This document shows positions 59,638 to 64,000 of a stretch of 64,000 nucleotides of DNA, one piece after another. Within the stretch, counting starts at the first letter, position 1. The number at the start of each line of letters is the position of its first letter. The notes beneath the pieces were generated by a model. That model had not been told where the DNA came from. It was given only the letters and a program-made list of their open reading frames with translations, and ran no database searches. A program made the position numbers and the translations under genes. Source of the stretch: Candidatus Methanoperedenaceae archaeon (GTDB taxonomy: Archaea; Halobacteriota; Methanosarcinia; Methanosarcinales; Methanoperedenaceae); assembly GCA_963753595.1 (NCBI GenBank), contig CAVWCX010000001.1, positions 64,001-128,000 on the forward strand. Reading direction: 5' to 3'.

Positions 59638-59921
59638 ATTTCCAGGTTAATGTTTAATCATTTTATTAAAAAACGTTCTTAAAATAATGGATAGGATAGG
59701 GAACTTGCAGCCTGATACTATTTATCATGATTAATTGAAATTAATGAATCGTAAAGTATATATGCTGTAAACTCATATCCTAATTATACCCAAATTGACA
59801 CCAAATTGGGAAAATGGATAGGATAGGAGCGATAGCAAAACGAAGATTGTGTTTGCTTGATTCTTATTCTTAACAAACCAAATTGGATTTAGGGTTAATA
59901 AAGATAGGATGTGAAAAATAT

Positions 59922-61181
59922 ATGAACGCAAAATTTACTTTAGCCATAATTGCGTTAGTTGGAATAGGCGTGTTCGCCCTGCCATCAACCATGTCGTTGT
60001 TCGCAGGCCAGCACTCGTTCTATAACATTGACGCAACAGGCAACCAGGTCCCGTGTGTGAAATGCCACGGTGATGTGAAAGCAGAATTGGGATCAAATGC
60101 AAATACAGTTGCAGCCAATGGACCCCTGACAGCAGGACCACACGCAGCATTTAAGTGCGAGTACTGCCACAGAATAGAACAGGGTGCTTCCAGCGGTGAC
60201 AATGCAGTTGCAATAGTTCCATACGAAAATGCGACAGGAGCAATTATAAGGGCAATTGCAATACCAGTATCAGACATGGAAGCAGGTAATTTCCCAACGG
60301 GAATTACGGGTGCTATGCTATTTACTAGCAGCAGTACAACTCTTAATGGTACAAAATTACAATTCGGTAAGGGTGCTATCAGTGCAGCTACAGCCGATGC
60401 AACATTAGAAGTAGCTCCCAGACAAGATTGGACAATAATGGCATCATATGATGCAATTACTGGCTTACCCAAGGATACAAACGCATCCACAATGTATGGT
60501 GGAATTGACCCATCGAAGATAAACGTCACTATAAATACTGCTAGACCATACGTTAGTCTTGGTTTCTTGAATGCAGGTTCACAGGCAGTCAACCCGGGCA
60601 GCAAATATCATGCAGCATCACTTGTATCATGCATGGAATGCCACGGTGGCGAAGAACCACTTGGTCACTATACCAGAGTTACAAGCGAAACGAGATGTTC
60701 TGACTGTCACTACGGTTACAACCCAGTTCCAGGCGCTAGATGGACTCAGCTCGCAGCAGGCGGCTTCGGACTTACAACATCCGCAAATGATACTGGCACA
60801 TCAGAAGCCCATAACGCATGGGTAAAAACCGATGACGGTATAAACAGATTCGGCGGACAACAGGGCAAGGAAGCAAATAACGGTGCATGTATTGGATGCC
60901 ATACCCACGTAGCAGTAGACATTGCATTCAATAAGGGCTACAAGCTCTCATTCACTGCAACCGAGGCAGCAACCGGTTCTTATACTGTTTCCGATGCAAA
61001 AGTTGAGGGAACAGTTCACGTTGACATATACGGCAACGGTTCTGGCGAAACCTTCGGTGTGGGCGACAAGTCCTATACCTGGACACCAGAGACAACCCTG
61101 TATCTCAATGGTAATGGCACAGTTATCAGCGGTCTCAATGGAGACTCCAGCGACAGCGCAACAGCTCTTACAACCCCGTAA
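59922..61181 (+). CDS. Secreted pentaheme cytochrome c, LFAGQH family, with a large heme-free insert
   Basis: LPSTMSLFAGQHSFY, CVKCH, CEYCH, CMECH, CSDCH, ACIGCHTHVAVDI; GGATGTGA RBS before ATG 59922. Confidence 0.9.
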   Translation: MNAKFTLAIIALVGIGVFALPSTMSLFAGQHSFYNIDATGNQVPCVKCHGDVKAELGSNANTVAANGPLTAGPHAAFKCEYCHRIEQGASSGDNAVAIVPYENATGAIIRAIAIPVSDMEAGNFPTGITGAMLFTSSSTTLNGTKLQFGKGAISAATADATLEVAPRQDWTIMASYDAITGLPKDTNASTMYGGIDPSKINVTINTARPYVSLGFLNAGSQAVNPGSKYHAASLVSCMECHGGEEPLGHYTRVTSETRCSDCHYGYNPVPGARWTQLAAGGFGLTTSANDTGTSEAHNAWVKTDDGINRFGGQQGKEANNGACIGCHTHVAVDIAFNKGYKLSFTATEAATGSYTVSDAKVEGTVHVDIYGNGSGETFGVGDKSYTWTPETTLYLNGNGTVISGLNGDSSDSATALTTP

Positions 61182-61184
61182 TGA

Positions 61185-61225
61185 AATGGGTAATCCCCAT
61201 TTCTCTTTTTTTTAATTCTCTTTTA
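61185..61225 (+). terminator. Hairpin + oligo-T terminator
   Basis: AAATGGG-TAATC-CCCATTT followed by T tracts. Confidence 0.7.
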
Positions 61226-61428
61226 CTGAAAAAATGTTTTATTCATAAACATAATAATCTGTTCGTAAATATACGATTTGTGTACGAAAATTTTCCCACC
61301 TGTACGTATCGCTTTTAGAATAAGCAAAGAAAACGAGTGTCGATACTTTTGAACGAACGTTAAGGATACAAAAGAATCTGTCTGAAATAACTCATTGTGG
61401 AATAAAACAGAATAATACGAAAAAAAAT

Positions 61429-62082
61429 TTACACTCCACCTTTATATGCCCCTTCAATTGTTTTCATGTTTTCAATCATTCTTCTTCCGGCCTGGGTCAG
61501 CATGTATACCTTCTCGCTGTCTTGCTCAATAACATTATATGATTTCAGGATACGAAGATGAAAGCTGAGTTTTGTGGCATCATCTATCTTAAGCATGTTT
61601 TTAATCTCTGTGAACTTGAGTTTACCTGCTTTATTGAGAAGTTTCAGGGTGTTTTTTCTTATTGGATTTGAAATCGCCTTAATTAAATCAGATTCAAGGA
61701 GTTGTGGATATTTATTGATCTCTGCCGTTGCTAGAATTATCCTTATCTTTGTCTGTACCTCGTCTATCTTAAATGGTTTCGTTATATAATCCGACGCTCC
61801 TGCTTTTATTGCATCCACAGCATTTTCAATTGTCCCGAATGCTGTAATTATTATTACGTTTGCCCCGGGTTTGATATGTTTTATCTCCATTAAGACATCC
61901 ATTCCCCCCATGACTGGCATAATCAGATCAGTCAAAATAACATCAAATTCTTTTTTCCTGATTTTTTCAAGCCCAACCTGGCCATTCTCGGCAGACTCTA
62001 CATTATATCCCTCATCTGTTAAAATTTCTACTAATCCATCCCGCATTTTCTGTTCGTCTTCTATAACTAGTATATTTTTCAT
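61429..62082 (-). CDS. Response regulator with receiver + ArsR-like winged-helix output
   Basis: VIEDE, TDLIMP, ITAFG, DYITKPF; KAISNPIR...LKFTEI...KLSFHLRIL...Y.LT.AG. Confidence 0.9.
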   Translation of the reverse strand: MKNILVIEDEQKMRDGLVEILTDEGYNVESAENGQVGLEKIRKKEFDVILTDLIMPVMGGMDVLMEIKHIKPGANVIIITAFGTIENAVDAIKAGASDYITKPFKIDEVQTKIRIILATAEINKYPQLLESDLIKAISNPIRKNTLKLLNKAGKLKFTEIKNMLKIDDATKLSFHLRILKSYNVIEQDSEKVYMLTQAGRRMIENMKTIEGAYKGGV

Positions 62083-62086
62083 ATTG

Positions 62087-63790
62087 TTAAACCGGTAGTT
62101 TTATTTTGAATGTAGTGCCATGATTTACTTCACTTTTCACTTCAATTGATCCATTGTGGCGTTTGATAATTCCATAGCAGATAGAGAGACCAAGACCAGT
62201 CCCATTGCTCCGCTCCTTTGTTGTGAAGAATGGATCAAATATTTTATCAAGTTTTTCCTCTGGTATGCCGCAGCCGTTATCTGATATGCTGATTTCTACA
62301 TGTTTCGGGTTTGCTGTGGTTTTAATGATTATTTCTCCATTTTCTGTAATTGATTGAATTGAATTTGTGAGCAGATTCATTATAACCTGTTGAATCCTGA
62401 CGCTGTCACCAACGATAAGAGGAAGAGGCTCAAAAAAGGTATTGACTTTTATATCTTTTACTTGAGGATTCATGATTCCAAGTACTTTACTTATCTCATT
62501 ATTTATATCAATATTACATAGTTTCAGATCTGAATTCCTTGCAAAATCAAGCAGGTCTTTCACAATATTTGCGGCCCTGTTTGCTTCATCATCGATTATT
62601 ATGAGTTTATTCTTTATTTTATCATCATCTGTCTTTTTTATCAGCATCTGGGCATAAAGGGAGATATTCCCAAGTGGATTATTTAGCTCATGGGCCACAC
62701 CTGAAGCAAGCGTGCCTATTGTTGCGAGTTTGTCGGATTGCAGAAATTGTTTTTGAAGGTTCTCCATTTCCTTCTGCATGCTTATATCCCTGATAATTCC
62801 AACCATGGCTATTGGCTCACCTTTGTAATCTTTAACCATATATACATTTAACCATATCGGAAATTTTCGATTATCTTTGTGCTTGGCCGTGATTTCCCCG
62901 GTCCAATTCCTTTTCTCTTTTATACAAGGGATTATCACTTTGCTGCCAAACTCCTGATCTGCAATAATTTCCTTGAAATGCCTTCCCTTGAACTCATCGG
63001 GAGAAACTCCGAACATATTCTCCATTGCTTTGTTGGAGTAGATGATAAGGCCGTTCATATCAGTGATTTGAACCCCGTCCGGAGCTTCTTCCACCGCAGT
63101 CGAGAGCTTCCGAAGCTCGCTTATATTTTTATTTAAGTCGTATGACATCTGGTTAAAAGCTTTTGAAAGAGTATGGATATCGTCATCAGTCGAATCGAGT
63201 TCTATTTTATATTCGAAATTCCCCCGGCCTATTTCTTCGGCCCCTTTTACAAGTGCCCGTATCGGTGCTGCAAAATAATTTCCGGCCAGATAAGCCATTA
63301 AAATTCCAAATAAGCCTACTATCAAAATGTTAAATATTATAATATCTATTTGTTTATTTATCGTTTCATTTATGGAGGTTCTATCCATTCCAATATGGGC
63401 AAAACCTTCCCTGCCGCCATAAATTGGAGCTTGGAAATCCATAATATTTCCTGTGCCGGAGCTGCTGTTACAATCGATATCAGTAACCAGGAAATCGTTT
63501 GAGTATATATGTCCTATTACATTATGAGAGGCATCGGTTAAATATACACATTTTACTTCACTATCTGCATTTATAATGTTCTTAGCAAGCTGGCTGAAGT
63601 TGGCATTACCCTCATTCGGTAAGCTCCCGCCAGCTTCTTCTGCAAGATGTTTTACAAGAAAATTTCCCCTCCCATTAAGTTCTTCGGATAATGTAGTTTC
63701 CATGTTAGACTGCATAAAGAAGATGGTCAGAATATCAATGAACACTATAATAGCAACTGTCCAGAGGATAAATTTCTTAGTTATTTCCAT
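62087..63790 (-). CDS. Membrane sensor histidine kinase (HAMP-PAS-HisKA-HATPase, NtrB-like core)
   Basis: [46 protein letters not shown]. Confidence 0.93.
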   Translation of the reverse strand: MEITKKFILWTVAIIVFIDILTIFFMQSNMETTLSEELNGRGNFLVKHLAEEAGGSLPNEGNANFSQLAKNIINADSEVKCVYLTDASHNVIGHIYSNDFLVTDIDCNSSSGTGNIMDFQAPIYGGREGFAHIGMDRTSINETINKQIDIIIFNILIVGLFGILMAYLAGNYFAAPIRALVKGAEEIGRGNFEYKIELDSTDDDIHTLSKAFNQMSYDLNKNISELRKLSTAVEEAPDGVQITDMNGLIIYSNKAMENMFGVSPDEFKGRHFKEIIADQEFGSKVIIPCIKEKRNWTGEITAKHKDNRKFPIWLNVYMVKDYKGEPIAMVGIIRDISMQKEMENLQKQFLQSDKLATIGTLASGVAHELNNPLGNISLYAQMLIKKTDDDKIKNKLIIIDDEANRAANIVKDLLDFARNSDLKLCNIDINNEISKVLGIMNPQVKDIKVNTFFEPLPLIVGDSVRIQQVIMNLLTNSIQSITENGEIIIKTTANPKHVEISISDNGCGIPEEKLDKIFDPFFTTKERSNGTGLGLSICYGIIKRHNGSIEVKSEVNHGTTFKIKLPV

Positions 63791-64000
63791 ACTTATGATT
63801 TTATCTGTTTATCTTTAAGAGTCATACAATTCATTACATATTATTTTTTCTAATTAAAAGTATCGGTTAGTTTATCCATAATATCTGATATAAAATTTAA
63901 TACAATTATTGATATAAACATAAAAGGGAACAAGGGAACAAAAAGTGAAAAAAAATTTTAAAGATAGGATGTGAGTTATCGTTACGGATGTCACATCCAA

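Noticed and set aside
63959-63998. 16-bp identity (TAAAGATAGGATGTGA) with the pentaheme RBS region at 59899
   Set aside because: Here it forms one arm of a GGATGTGA/TCACATCC hairpin at the window edge, so its context cannot be judged

Overview
Archaeal chromosomal DNA, inferred to be Methanosarcinales and most likely an anaerobic methanotroph of the Ca. Methanoperedens type. The inference rests on the Methanosarcina-type S-layer domains, archaeal LeuS/FEN1/RlmE-TRAM, AglB, PGF-CTERM proteins and multiheme cytochromes. In order, the window holds: the 5' end of a LeuC/HacA gene; an interrupted duplicated S-layer-domain gene; a DsrH/E/F-TusA-TusA sulfur-relay operon; a frameshifted UvrD helicase-nuclease fusion, a DUF2341 remnant and a VapBC pair next to tRNA-Glu(CTC); a tandemly duplicated DUF22 + Zn-finger module; fen1; an Ehr (Hyf-like, no NiFe ligands) operon; purE, glycosylation genes and leuS; a Roadblock/KaiC/PhnD-like/histidine-kinase signalling operon; and rlmE. 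The most interesting part is 42-61 kb. Three paralogous secreted multiheme cytochromes share a post-signal LFAGQHxFY motif and a tetraheme core: a 4-heme unit, a 5-heme unit with a large insert, and a triple fusion of the unit ending in CxxCK. They cluster with a SipW-like signal peptidase, an AglB paralog, PGF-CTERM surface proteins, MinD and a two-component system, which looks like a cytochrome-filament (nanowire) biogenesis locus. Several genes carry single-base indels, mostly at homopolymers, so some interruptions are probably assembly errors. All family assignments come from motif recognition; no database searches were run.
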